Part shown: positions 9,312 through 19,412 of the stretch, piece after piece
Position numbering within the stretch: position 1 is the first letter of the stretch
Layout: every line of letters begins with the position of its first letter
DNA from: a phage
Sequence record: NC_103192.1
Strand: one strand, 5' to 3'
Length of the DNA: 64,000 nt
The notes under the pieces: model-generated
The model's database searches: none
Seen by the model: only the letters and a program-made list of their open reading frames with translations
Told to the model about the DNA's origin: nothing
Translations under genes and position numbers: made by a program

Positions 9312-12300
9312 ATGCTTCCAATCCCTTTGCTAAAACTTGGTCGTCATTTCCTCGATAAGAGGGGTGGAGTTAAGGAACTTGCTGTTCTGTCATACCCAAT
9401 AGACAACAGTGACGGTACAAGCACTACAGTAGCTTATGTAAATAGCTTAGCTATACTTTTTGACGACGGTCAGCTTAATATTACTGGCTATAACAAGTTC
9501 GGGGAGTGTCGCACTGGGGATCGTAACCCTATAAACTACCCGAGCGAGACGGCCTGGAATGTTGATCATGTGTGGAGAGCAGACCGTGCGTTTGTGATCC
9601 GGACTTTTGATAACCAGTTTTTCTACATCGGTTGCACTGCAGGTCTTATCGGATCCACTGCGGCAGGTGGTAACGATGTTTGCGTAAACGAGTGGACACC
9701 TCTTCCGGAACAGATTGTTCAAGGATTGCACCTTGACACCCACCCAGAGCGCCTTATCGAGGTAATGGGTGGTATTAACAACACTGTTTGGGTTATGGCA
9801 GAGGCTGAGGGTGACGGCATTTTACACCTGTACGGGTCTGGTAACAACACCTACGGATCTTTACATGTAGATAAGAACCAGCATGCAACTCCTGTAAAGA
9901 TTGGTGAAACATCAGAAAATCCTGAAACAGGCCCTTGGAAAAACCCAAGTATCAACTGCGAGGTGCATGACAACTCTGTTATTTTCGGTGGGCCTAGAGG
10001 TTTTTGGATTGCTGGATACGACTTTCTGAGAAACAACAGTAGAAACGACCTTGTTTGGCCCCCTGCTCAGATTACTCGCAACGATTTGAAAGGCATTCCT
10101 GCAGATGAGGAGTGGAAAGGATTCATGTGTGGTCCGAACGGGGCAGTGGTTGCAACACAAAGAATGCACAGACCTGATGACCAACAACTTGTTAACGTAT
10201 TTTATGGTCAAAACGTTTGGGGGGATGATACCTGGCGTGCTTTGAATATAACCTACACCCATGAGGTGATAATGGCTCGTGGGTACGGCACAAGTGGCAT
10301 TTTCTTCAACAATGGTACTAAGCAGTATCGTGGCTTCTCTCGAAACCTGTGCAACGATATTGGCGCACAATCTGCAAACAATAACCCCCGTGCCGATTTT
10401 GTTCATTACCAGGCCCTTGCTACGGCTAAATACGTTGAGCAACGCCTCCCAGTTAGCTGGACAGAGAGTGTTTATTTCCAAGGCATTCACAGAGAAGGTT
10501 TCTTAGGGACCTTTACTGTTGTTAATGGTAAACTTTGGTGGTCAGGCATCCCAAGGGGAAGTTTTGCAGGTTCTAATAACCTGTTTGGTGGCAGACTTAA
10601 TAGTCAAGGGTTCACAGAGGTTCCTGAGAATTGGTATAAAAATGTCCCAGTAGATAGTTGGGGTGTTGATGATATTTTTGACGTTAACGGTGTTAGCAGC
10701 GTTAGCAATATCTACATTGGTGACACGGTAAAGATGAAATTGAAGCCTCAGCCAGAGGGAGCTACGTTCATTATTGACAAGATTGAACTGGTAAATGCTG
10801 CAGGTACGGTTGTTACAGATGCAAATTACCAATTCTCCACCAACTGGAACCACGGCGGGGCCAACGAAGTTGTTGTTACTCAGTATAACAGGAATGTGAA
10901 CAGACGTGGCCTGTACTCTGTAAAAATAACCTATCATGACAAGCATGGCACAGGCAGAACGCACACGACAAGGAACTTGAACTGGAACACCATAGTTCCT
11001 GCGTATCCTTCTGACGGTAAGTGGCATACTGTCGGTAGAAACAAACAGTTCCATGTTAATGACACTGTATACTTCGGGCTGAATGGGACTCAGCCTGCGG
11101 TAGAAGGAGATACATCGTATATGGTCCGACTCCACAGAATGGATGGTGGATCAGTCACTTATGATGTTACCCAAGAGATTTATGATCAGAGACGAAATAC
11201 CTACAACAACTTAGTGCAGACACAGGCCGTATGGGAGTTCAACCCTAACGGCAGAGGTGGTAAAATGTTGCAGGTTAACGAGCAAAACGGAACGTCGTTG
11301 ACTGTCCACGAACACCCAGACCCTTGGCCTGATCCTGGAAAACCTCACCCAGGTGCTCGTACACTGAAAATTGTCAGCCATGATGCAGGATATTTCGGAA
11401 TACGCTGGGAAGCCACAGTAAGATATGCCGACGGGACAACAAACAACATAGGGATTACACTTGGGGGCACCAGTGAGGATAACTCACTGAAAATTGCCTA
11501 CACCCCTAGAGGCATCTCTATTGACAATATGGATGTTGTTCGCAACGGTTACGGAGATGTGAACATCAAAGTTACTCTTGGTGAACATCTTGGCGGGGAA
11601 AGGATCATCATGTACGCCTTTGATCACGACCCACGCACTGACGGAACCTATGCAGACCAAGCGTGGAGCTACCTGATAAGCGCACCTGAGCCAAATACCA
11701 AAGAATTCTACTACGGTATGAAACGGGATGTGTGCAAGAAAACAGGGACACATGACTGGATTGCAATCTGCGTTAAAGATGAACGTACCGCTTGGGACGA
11801 GCCTGTTAACAGATGGTTCATAGGAATTCCCACTCGAAGTGATAAATACGTTGAAGAATATATTGTATGCATGGGCGGCACCAACCTCAACATGTGTTGG
11901 AACGAGGATGCAAACAAATACTCTGATTACGATTATATGAGGGATTACTCTTGCAATCAATGGTTTAACCAAACCGGGTATGCTAATCGACAGTCAAGAG
12001 TAAACCCTGCAATCTTTACAGATACGCAGGTTTTCTTGACAAAACAGGCCAACGAGGTTCAGACCTTCAAGAACAAATACGACCCTAACAAGTGGTTTTA
12101 TAACTGTTATGGCGCATTTTTCTGGGGGCCAGGGGAACTGCCTAACGGGGGATCTTGCTTCGAGGCTGCAACTTACGCCAGTGACAGGTTCATGGGGCAG
12201 GTTAAGAAGTACAAGATAATCCCCGGGCCTGAAACTTTAGGCAACGCTGTTGACCCATATATCATCATGACAGCACTAAGATCGAACATGGACGGAACAT

Positions 12301-14945
12301 CCCTATCTATGCAAGTTCCAGTAACAAACGGGTACAAACGTGTTGTGATGATCATTAAGTGCGACTTAATAGGTAAGCAAGTTCTTGCAGAAAACGGAAC
12401 CTCAACACATCTATTCGAGACTGCTCTGCATTATCAGTTTGCTGATTCACCTTTTGCAGGGGATAAGAGAATATCTGATACAGACAATACTCGATGCAAG
12501 AAATTTATGCTTGGTGGTGGATGGTGGTGGTATGAATTTGATTTAACAGACAAATTCACTGACACGTCTAAAGTGGTGACAGGGCTTCGTCTAGATCTTG
12601 GCGAAAACATGCACAAAAGTGTTTGTGATGGCACCTACGGTGACCCAACAATCTACTTAAAGTATGTCTCTTTTGAGCATCCGGAAGATGTTGTTTACGG
12701 TCCAAAACTGAGATTGTTTGGCAGTTGGATTGCAAAAGACAGGGTAGGCATGGGTAAAAAGGTAAGAGGGTTCTTGGTTGATGCAGGAACAGAAGACATG
12801 CTGGTTAATGCAGTGTGGCCTGAATTACCTGGGACTCAGTGGGATAACTCAGCCAAGTCCATAAACTGGTTCAACATTCACAGAGCTATGTGGACAACTA
12901 ACTGCTACCTGTGGAAAGAGTTGAATGACGGCGCTTTCGGGTTTACAGGTGGCAGAAGAATGGCAATCATTTGCTGGACAACGCTGCAAAGATGTTATGA
13001 CCATGACTACGAGATTGGGGGTAGGGCATGGAAAAATATTAGGGATAGAATCATAACTAACTTCGCAGACCCTAATGGTGGTGGAGCGTATGGCTTCGAC
13101 TGCAGCAGGCTCATCCATTTGAACGGGTCCTCTGCATATAAGAAAGAGGGTTACTCTGGATCTATGATTGAGTGGGGCCTGGTGAAAGATGCTCGCGTAT
13201 TGATGGGTCAACAACTTGCTGCTGCAATAGGACCTAACGCAGTGCAGTCTGTTAAACCAGCGTGGTTCGATATCCCAATATGGTCATCTGGAACACCAGG
13301 AACTGCGGCAATCAACCCTACCACTGGGGATCTGGAAATCTCTTGGGAGGACTTGAAGCAGGTTGGTGGCTGGGATAAGACAGGCTACCAGGTACAATGG
13401 TGGAGATCTGACGGATCGTTAGCGGCTGATGAGTTTGTTAAGGACAATTTCTACACTATGTCCTCTGCAAAAGCACAGCAATTGTTTGGTCAGGCAACTC
13501 CGTCAACGATCACCATGTCCATGTGCTGTAAAGACAACAGGACTGGAGCCTTGGGACCGAGGGTTGCTAAAGTTTTCTCAGGTATTAAATGGAATCTCCC
13601 TGTTCAAAGTGTTTCATGGAAGCAAATAGGTGATAACAAGCTGCTGGTTACTCCTGCCTGTCAGTTCAACGCAACTCTTAACGTTGATCCTGCTGTTGCG
13701 GCAAACTCAGCTAAAGCTTCTGACTTCTCTGTGTCTAACACTGCTATGGCAGATGTGAGGAAGATTGACACACTGAACGCCAGAATTACCTGTAAAAACA
13801 CTTATGGCACATTCCAGATCATCAACAACTTCACAGATGCTGATTCTAAGGTAGTGAGGACAGCAAGCCAGACTATGCAGTTGGGCACTCTGGCATACTC
13901 TGCCCGGATCACTGAACAATCTCCTACTCTTCAGGGTGGGGGTGTTGGTAAGTTGATCACAACACCTGTGTGGAAGCCAAATGAGTGGGTTGTGTTTGAT
14001 TTGACTGTAGACTTCTCCAGTGACAATAACTGGACATGGGTAAGGAATTGCTTGTCACAGTTGATGGGTGGTCCAAGCTCTGTTAGTGATAGCCACGACT
14101 CTACTGACCCCAGCGTGTTCCAGGTTGGTAAAACTCACCCAGAGACGGGAGCAACGTTGCCTGACAGGAAGTATGCTTTGGTTTGCATCTCTTACGGAAA
14201 AGCAGATGTCACCTTCTCAGGGACGCACACTTATAACGGAACTTACAACTTCTCAAGGAAGTATAGTCTCAAGGCAGGTAACATTATAGATGAAGTTGGT
14301 GCGTTGTATAACCCAGGTAACGGCATAGGGATTGTGGGTGGTAAACTGCAGATGCAGGAACCTTCTATTACCCCTTCCAATGTGTCTGGGATTAGAAAGA
14401 CTTGGGAAAGCAGTAATACCAACATTGCAACAGTGGATGCCACCACAGGACTGGTAACATTTAAAGCTACTGGGAATGTCACCATAAAGTTTGTAGTTAC
14501 TGATGATGCAGGGCGCAAAACGTCTTCAACATCTTTTACTGTCAAACAGATGGCACCACAGTGGAGAATGTGGATAGGTACAGCAACAAACGGGGCATAC
14601 CCTAATCCGGCAGGTACTTCTGGTATGAAGACTTTCTCTACAAGCAAACCGATGGAGTACGGCAGCGGTCCTAAGGTAGGGCAGATGGTGTACTTTGGTG
14701 CGTATATTCCTGAAATTATAGGGCTTCCGAGAAGTCAGCTTCAGTTGCTGTTTGGGGCTGGTGTTGACGATCTTGCCACTTTCGGGTATAGCGACAACAT
14801 CGAGGCTGCAAGGAGTTCAGGATGGGTAGGGTTCAGAATGGAGTCTGGAAAGGAAGGCAGGATTCTAGGGACAGCCTCTATAGGTGTTATGTTCCCTGGT
14901 GACCAGCAGTATCGTCTGGGAGCCTACGCGACTTTCTCTCTTTAA
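9312..14945 (+). CDS. giant virion protein (putative long fiber/adhesin) with Ig-like Big_2 domain
   Basis: 1877-aa uninterrupted ORF; Big_2-like segment WESSNTNIATVDATTGLVTFKATGNVTIKFVVTDDAG near C-terminus; last gene of structural block. Confidence 0.75.
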   Translation: MLPIPLLKLGRHFLDKRGGVKELAVLSYPIDNSDGTSTTVAYVNSLAILFDDGQLNITGYNKFGECRTGDRNPINYPSETAWNVDHVWRADRAFVIRTFDNQFFYIGCTAGLIGSTAAGGNDVCVNEWTPLPEQIVQGLHLDTHPERLIEVMGGINNTVWVMAEAEGDGILHLYGSGNNTYGSLHVDKNQHATPVKIGETSENPETGPWKNPSINCEVHDNSVIFGGPRGFWIAGYDFLRNNSRNDLVWPPAQITRNDLKGIPADEEWKGFMCGPNGAVVATQRMHRPDDQQLVNVFYGQNVWGDDTWRALNITYTHEVIMARGYGTSGIFFNNGTKQYRGFSRNLCNDIGAQSANNNPRADFVHYQALATAKYVEQRLPVSWTESVYFQGIHREGFLGTFTVVNGKLWWSGIPRGSFAGSNNLFGGRLNSQGFTEVPENWYKNVPVDSWGVDDIFDVNGVSSVSNIYIGDTVKMKLKPQPEGATFIIDKIELVNAAGTVVTDANYQFSTNWNHGGANEVVVTQYNRNVNRRGLYSVKITYHDKHGTGRTHTTRNLNWNTIVPAYPSDGKWHTVGRNKQFHVNDTVYFGLNGTQPAVEGDTSYMVRLHRMDGGSVTYDVTQEIYDQRRNTYNNLVQTQAVWEFNPNGRGGKMLQVNEQNGTSLTVHEHPDPWPDPGKPHPGARTLKIVSHDAGYFGIRWEATVRYADGTTNNIGITLGGTSEDNSLKIAYTPRGISIDNMDVVRNGYGDVNIKVTLGEHLGGERIIMYAFDHDPRTDGTYADQAWSYLISAPEPNTKEFYYGMKRDVCKKTGTHDWIAICVKDERTAWDEPVNRWFIGIPTRSDKYVEEYIVCMGGTNLNMCWNEDANKYSDYDYMRDYSCNQWFNQTGYANRQSRVNPAIFTDTQVFLTKQANEVQTFKNKYDPNKWFYNCYGAFFWGPGELPNGGSCFEAATYASDRFMGQVKKYKIIPGPETLGNAVDPYIIMTALRSNMDGTSLSMQVPVTNGYKRVVMIIKCDLIGKQVLAENGTSTHLFETALHYQFADSPFAGDKRISDTDNTRCKKFMLGGGWWWYEFDLTDKFTDTSKVVTGLRLDLGENMHKSVCDGTYGDPTIYLKYVSFEHPEDVVYGPKLRLFGSWIAKDRVGMGKKVRGFLVDAGTEDMLVNAVWPELPGTQWDNSAKSINWFNIHRAMWTTNCYLWKELNDGAFGFTGGRRMAIICWTTLQRCYDHDYEIGGRAWKNIRDRIITNFADPNGGGAYGFDCSRLIHLNGSSAYKKEGYSGSMIEWGLVKDARVLMGQQLAAAIGPNAVQSVKPAWFDIPIWSSGTPGTAAINPTTGDLEISWEDLKQVGGWDKTGYQVQWWRSDGSLAADEFVKDNFYTMSSAKAQQLFGQATPSTITMSMCCKDNRTGALGPRVAKVFSGIKWNLPVQSVSWKQIGDNKLLVTPACQFNATLNVDPAVAANSAKASDFSVSNTAMADVRKIDTLNARITCKNTYGTFQIINNFTDADSKVVRTASQTMQLGTLAYSARITEQSPTLQGGGVGKLITTPVWKPNEWVVFDLTVDFSSDNNWTWVRNCLSQLMGGPSSVSDSHDSTDPSVFQVGKTHPETGATLPDRKYALVCISYGKADVTFSGTHTYNGTYNFSRKYSLKAGNIIDEVGALYNPGNGIGIVGGKLQMQEPSITPSNVSGIRKTWESSNTNIATVDATTGLVTFKATGNVTIKFVVTDDAGRKTSSTSFTVKQMAPQWRMWIGTATNGAYPNPAGTSGMKTFSTSKPMEYGSGPKVGQMVYFGAYIPEIIGLPRSQLQLLFGAGVDDLATFGYSDNIEAARSSGWVGFRMESGKEGRILGTASIGVMFPGDQQYRLGAYATFSL

Positions 14946-14957
14946 CAAGGGGTAAAT

Positions 14958-14987
14958 AAAAAGGGGCCAAACGGCCCCTTTCTTTTT
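14958..14987. terminator. bidirectional intrinsic terminator
   Basis: aaaaaggggccaaacggcccctttcttttt: GC stem flanked by A-run and T-run between convergent gene blocks. Confidence 0.7.
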
Positions 14988-14991
14988 ATAA

Positions 14992-15192
14992 TTAGTAGTA
15001 TTCCCAACACGACCCATCTTCAGACGGCTGGACACGCTTACCTTCATGATCGACATAGGTGTAACCACAGCCTTCACAAATAACAGGTGCTGCATAGCCT
15101 TCCTTCCACTGATCCTCAGTGATCAATCCTTTCAGATCTCCGCAGTCACTACCAAACAACTCTTCAGAACAGTCTTTACAAAAATCAGCCAT
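14992..15192 (-). CDS. small Cys-rich protein
   Basis: 66-aa ORF with paired CxxC-like cysteines (CKDC...CEGCG). Confidence 0.5.
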   Translation of the reverse strand: MADFCKDCSEELFGSDCGDLKGLITEDQWKEGYAAPVICEGCGYTYVDHEGKRVQPSEDGSCWEYY

Positions 15193-15261
15193 CTCTATCA
15201 GTCTCCATATTTAACCAATCTATATTACATATTGCCGAAGAAACAGTATTTCATTTCATCA

Positions 15262-15480
15262 TCACAGATCTCCAACAACTTCCCAAATACCCCAGTGAGC
15301 ATCTATATCCTTGATAAAGTATCTTTCTCCACGGTTTGTCCACACACCTATCCCAACTTTACCATCTATCCCATTGTATACATCTGCCTCATACTCTTTG
15401 CCCGGTGTAAAGTGTACACCCATCATAAGGGCTGTTATTCCATTAGGATTTTTAAATTTAACAAATTTTACTTTGCTCAT
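15262..15480 (-). CDS. hypothetical protein
   Basis: 72-aa ORF in minus-strand gene array. Confidence 0.5.
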   Translation of the reverse strand: MSKVKFVKFKNPNGITALMMGVHFTPGKEYEADVYNGIDGKVGIGVWTNRGERYFIKDIDAHWGIWEVVGDL

Positions 15481-15481
15481 A

Positions 15482-15811
15482 TTACTTAATCCTTGCAGTT
15501 ACAGTAGCGCTATACCCTATGTAGTTATGAGACATAAAGAATGTAAGCCCTTTAAGTTCAGGATTCTTTCTAAGAAATCGTTTCAATTTTCGAATGCAAT
15601 TAACACCATGATCATAATTTGAGAAATTAAATTTAATACCCTGCTCCATCATAGTACACACTTCTTCATGGGTATGCCATTGTCTATCGTGGTCACAAAA
15701 CCAGTAACCAATACCTTCTTTTTCTTGGATATGCAATCCCCAAAATACTTTATGCATTGGATATTTTGGTTTTCTACCATGATAATGTAGTTTAATATTC
15801 ACATGTGCCAT
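15482..15811 (-). CDS. hypothetical protein
   Basis: 109-aa ORF, His/Cys-containing, no assignable motif. Confidence 0.5.
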   Translation of the reverse strand: MAHVNIKLHYHGRKPKYPMHKVFWGLHIQEKEGIGYWFCDHDRQWHTHEEVCTMMEQGIKFNFSNYDHGVNCIRKLKRFLRKNPELKGLTFFMSHNYIGYSATVTARIK

Positions 15812-15979
15812 TTTTTGTTACTCCGTTCTGTATCTGTGATAATGAGAATAGCAAACTGGGGTGTGTGCTGTCAACAACATTTTTAAGCGTTTTGGGGAAG
15901 TTTTTTGAAAGGTGGGTGTAATCACAAGAGAGGGTGGAGTTGTTGAAGGCACAGGCCTCTTTTGAGGCCTTAAAATCGA

Positions 15980-16360
15980 TTATGACACTTTGACGTAGCG
16001 CTCTGACAGAGCTGGAAAGCCAAAAGCAGTACCTATACTACCGTATGCTACCCACCATTGAAGTTCATCGTGACACCATTTTCCGATCAGGAAGGTGCTG
16101 GGGTAGCGGGTCAGTATTTTGGCATAAGCTTTAGGATCTGCATCCTCTGGGATAATGATACTTGGAACATCTTTGTTATGACCACAGCAGCAGTTTAGAG
16201 TTTTCAATCCTGCCGCCCATAGACTCATGATAGGCTTAGCCATGCACTTATCAAGGCACACACGTTTTTTGCCGTCACGGAGCTTTTTAGGCACATCAAC
16301 GATAACATTTTGATGCTTGGCACCTTTCACTTTCCAATTATAGGATTTACACTTGCACAT
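15980..16360 (-). CDS. hypothetical Cys-rich protein
   Basis: 126-aa ORF with CCCGHN cluster; function unknown. Confidence 0.5.
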   Translation of the reverse strand: MCKCKSYNWKVKGAKHQNVIVDVPKKLRDGKKRVCLDKCMAKPIMSLWAAGLKTLNCCCGHNKDVPSIIIPEDADPKAYAKILTRYPSTFLIGKWCHDELQWWVAYGSIGTAFGFPALSERYVKVS

Positions 16361-16390
16361 TTAATCAGTCTCCATCTAGAAAGCAATACT

Positions 16391-16561
16391 TTACTTAAAG
16401 TCTTTATCACCTGCCACGATTGCATGAATCCACTCATTGTGATGCTCAATAGCGGTGAGATGTAACATGATGTAGTGATCGTCATTGCCAAACATGATAT
16501 GATAGGCTTTGGCAGCATTTTGATATAACTTCCACATCAGGTAATGATATCTTCGCCTCAT
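16391..16561 (-). CDS. small hypothetical protein (56 aa, below ORF-track cutoff)
   Basis: ATG 5 nt downstream of stop of 16567-17037 with GGAG upstream; translation MRRRYHYLMWKLYQNAAKAYHIMFGNDDHYIMLHLTAIEHHNEWIHAIVAGDKDFK. Confidence 0.4.
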   Translation of the reverse strand: MRRRYHYLMWKLYQNAAKAYHIMFGNDDHYIMLHLTAIEHHNEWIHAIVAGDKDFK

Positions 16562-16566
16562 GGCTC

Positions 16567-17037
16567 TTACTCCGGTTCAGGATCTGGGTAATCTTCGATA
16601 ATAAAGGGCCATCCGTTCCGCTTAGCCGCAGACTTATACTCGATCTCCTTCATTGCAAACTCTAACTGATTCTTAGCCGGAATACATGCCGGAGAATCAT
16701 CAATCCAGATATCTGGGTAGATATCAAACTGCGCCAGATAGGCTGCCTTCTGGACACCACCAGTATAAAACACACCAACATCGAGATCCTTACGCCAATA
16801 CTCAATGTCTACATTATCTTGAGTAATGAATCGGAAAGTCACAAGGTATACTGTCCACCCTTCCTTTTTCAAGTCCCTAATCAGGCGGGAGAAGATGAAA
16901 GGACTCGCATTAAATGTTCCATCAAAGTCAATGGCAATGATGTGTGTGCCGTGGCGTGTCTCATATGGATTGCTTGTGGTAAGATTGCTGTAGTTAAAAG
17001 GAACTTCTTCCCCGCAGTAGCTGTAGTCCATATTCAC
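16567..17037 (-). CDS. HAD-superfamily phosphatase (5'-nucleotidase-like)
   Basis: motif I IIAIDFDGT (DxDGT) near N-terminus. Confidence 0.6.
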   Translation of the reverse strand: MNMDYSYCGEEVPFNYSNLTTSNPYETRHGTHIIAIDFDGTFNASPFIFSRLIRDLKKEGWTVYLVTFRFITQDNVDIEYWRKDLDVGVFYTGGVQKAAYLAQFDIYPDIWIDDSPACIPAKNQLEFAMKEIEYKSAAKRNGWPFIIEDYPDPEPE

Positions 17038-17309
17038 ACCTTCTCGTTGATAAATTTACGGGCGGTTTGGTGAGTTGTTTCTGCTGTCTTCAGAATGATA
17101 TTAATCTTATTGTCAAGATCATTCATCTCTGCAGTTAATTCAGGAATCTCTCCGGCATGCATAGTGAAATCATACATAGACATGCCCAGAATCTCATTGA
17201 TTCGGCGGTTGCATTCTGCAGCACGCTGGTTCATTTTCCAAGCTAACACCAGAGCCTCTTGCGTAGCCTCCAGTGCAAAGTCTAATACGTCAGCTTCTTC
17301 TTTCGTCAT
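17034..17309 (-). CDS. hypothetical protein
   Basis: 91-aa ORF, stop/start overlap with next gene. Confidence 0.5.
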   Translation of the reverse strand: MTKEEADVLDFALEATQEALVLAWKMNQRAAECNRRINEILGMSMYDFTMHAGEIPELTAEMNDLDNKINIILKTAETTHQTARKFINEKV

Positions 17310-17364
17310 CTCAGTCTCTCTTGTTGTATTGTTGGTAGGTGCATGAACACCTTATATCTCACTT

Positions 17365-17931
17365 TTATTCAAACTGCAATAGCAAGTCCACCACCGCACT
17401 AGGCCTGTCAACAAATTCCCCAGGCCCACATGCCCATAGAGGGTATCCATCAACATACCGCCATATCCAACCTGCAGTGTGAAGCTCAAGCAGGGCAGTG
17501 CCGTCCTTACTGTCAACCACCCTTTCCCACAGTGTTGGGCAGCGAAGCTTGAGAATCGGGTCCCCGCCCTTATACCCGTCCATGTAGATACCCATTGCAA
17601 AGTTCAGCATCATCTTTTTGTGCACTGATCTTTTACTGAGGGTGCTCATCACTTCCTCTTTGTGAATGTTTGTAAGCTTCTCTTTGGCTACCCGCAGATC
17701 ATTGCAACCATTGTTCAGCAGATCTTCCAGACACTTGATCCGAAGGTCGTGAATGTCTTTGTCGTGTACCGTTGGCACAGGGTCGTAGCGGTATAGCACT
17801 GTTGATACAAGGTTGCTCGGGTGTGGGTCTGACAGCAACCCATAACCCCAATACTCCTCTGTATCTGAAAGGACAAGACACCCAATGTCTCTGTCAAGCT
17901 TTCCTGTGTTGTAAGCCACATTGACCGCCAT
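17365..17931 (-). CDS. hypothetical protein
   Basis: 188-aa ORF. Confidence 0.55.
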   Translation of the reverse strand: MAVNVAYNTGKLDRDIGCLVLSDTEEYWGYGLLSDPHPSNLVSTVLYRYDPVPTVHDKDIHDLRIKCLEDLLNNGCNDLRVAKEKLTNIHKEEVMSTLSKRSVHKKMMLNFAMGIYMDGYKGGDPILKLRCPTLWERVVDSKDGTALLELHTAGWIWRYVDGYPLWACGPGEFVDRPSAVVDLLLQFE

Positions 17932-17933
17932 GA

Positions 17934-18179
17934 CTATAGCTCCACTAGCAAAGTGCTTTCAAAGTGCCGTTCATGCAAACCATTGTAAGGGACCACTTCT
18001 ACAACGCCATCACGGACATATGGGGCCATCATAGTGGTATAATCTCCAAACGGGTTGGTATTGTCACTAACCACAACCACCTTCTGCCCTTCCTTGGCAG
18101 AGTGCCAAATAGATCTGCACTTCATCAGGTGTTCGAGAGCTCCAGGTAAAATTTTGTTACGTTCTTTACGAGTCTTCAT
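17934..18179 (-). CDS. hypothetical protein
   Basis: 81-aa ORF. Confidence 0.5.
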   Translation of the reverse strand: MKTRKERNKILPGALEHLMKCRSIWHSAKEGQKVVVVSDNTNPFGDYTTMMAPYVRDGVVEVVPYNGLHERHFESTLLVEL

Positions 18180-18625
18180 AACAGGTATAGCTCCTTATGA
18201 AAGTGATCTTTTAATTTCTCACTGAGAAACTTCTTGATACCTTCCTCTAAAGTGTTTTCGATGTAGTCCAGCTTAACTGCTTCGATGGACATATCATAGA
18301 TCGCCAGCTCTAAGCTGTCAAGTCCCATCATAGCATGAACCATAAGATTTTCATCTTCAGATACATTCAGGGGGCTTCCTATAACATCTGGAGGCAGAAT
18401 AGTTTCCCAATTATTCTGGGTGGTAGTTCTCCCTCCCTCTACTTTACGGCGCAGTTCGAATGTGTTCTTAGTGTAGAACACTTCATAAGAAACGATACGA
18501 CTGTCGCTCTCATAATAAACGAAGTTCAGGTAGGAGCCTAGCCGCAGTCGGCAAACTTCCACCCCAAACCATTGTTTCTTATAAGAATTCAGGCTAATGC
18601 TGTCGCATTCACGTTTGCTCAACAC
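18176..18625 (-). CDS. hypothetical protein
   Basis: 149-aa ORF overlapping the neighbouring gene by 4 nt. Confidence 0.55.
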   Translation of the reverse strand: MLSKRECDSISLNSYKKQWFGVEVCRLRLGSYLNFVYYESDSRIVSYEVFYTKNTFELRRKVEGGRTTTQNNWETILPPDVIGSPLNVSEDENLMVHAMMGLDSLELAIYDMSIEAVKLDYIENTLEEGIKKFLSEKLKDHFHKELYLL

Positions 18626-18641
18626 GGCTCTCTCCTTCTTG

Positions 18642-18875
18642 TTAATCTTCGTAAATAATGATTTCTGCTTTAGGTTTTCGTGCTTTCAGGTCCAGCTCTA
18701 TCCAGTGCACCATCGCTGTTTCAAGAAAAACAGCCTGGATGCATCCGTCTTCAGCGTGCCCTACCAGCATAACAAGATCTTCACATTCATCATCTGCATC
18801 ACGGACATACAAGATCTCTCCAGATTCAAAGTCTTTCACAACCTGATTGCTGGATAATTTACGAATTTTTGCCAT
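18642..18875 (-). CDS. hypothetical protein
   Basis: 77-aa ORF. Confidence 0.5.
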   Translation of the reverse strand: MAKIRKLSSNQVVKDFESGEILYVRDADDECEDLVMLVGHAEDGCIQAVFLETAMVHWIELDLKARKPKAEIIIYED

Positions 18876-18876
18876 A

Positions 18877-19140
18877 TCAGAAACCCTCTAAAAAGCTCTT
18901 GTAGAAAATAATCTCAGTATCCACACCAGTCACGATCTTGTCGTTCCAGATTTCATCTGTAAGATAGGTGTCAAAACGCAGCACCTGTGTGGTATTGTCA
19001 CACATCCACTCGGCTGTGACCATGGCAAAAATCTTGGCATCTTCATTATCTGGTGTGAATGTTACCACCTCGCCGCACTTAAACTTTTCGATAGGTTGAG
19101 TGTTAGCTTTCGGTTCTGCGATAGTGATTTTCGTGGTCAT
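18877..19140 (-). CDS. hypothetical protein
   Basis: 87-aa ORF. Confidence 0.5.
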   Translation of the reverse strand: MTTKITIAEPKANTQPIEKFKCGEVVTFTPDNEDAKIFAMVTAEWMCDNTTQVLRFDTYLTDEIWNDKIVTGVDTEIIFYKSFLEGF

Positions 19141-19406
19141 TACTCTTCCTCCATAGTTTCACCAAATACTTCGATACGAGCATCGAGCTCGGTTGCTTTC
19201 AGCTCACCAACAAAATCTTTTAGTTCTTTCTCGTCCAGATCGTAAGCCCACACACAAGAAGAACATGCAGATTTCACAATCAGCAGCGTAGATACACGAC
19301 CTGACTCCGTGATCATGCTCACAATGGTTCCTACAGGGAACGTGTTGATAGCTTTTTTAACTGGGCGTTCAGCTTTGATTACTACCTCTGTTGCCATAAA
19401 TAACAT
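19140..19406 (-). CDS. hypothetical protein
   Basis: 88-aa ORF. Confidence 0.5.
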   Translation of the reverse strand: MLFMATEVVIKAERPVKKAINTFPVGTIVSMITESGRVSTLLIVKSACSSCVWAYDLDEKELKDFVGELKATELDARIEVFGETMEEE

Positions 19407-19412
19407 CCTCTC

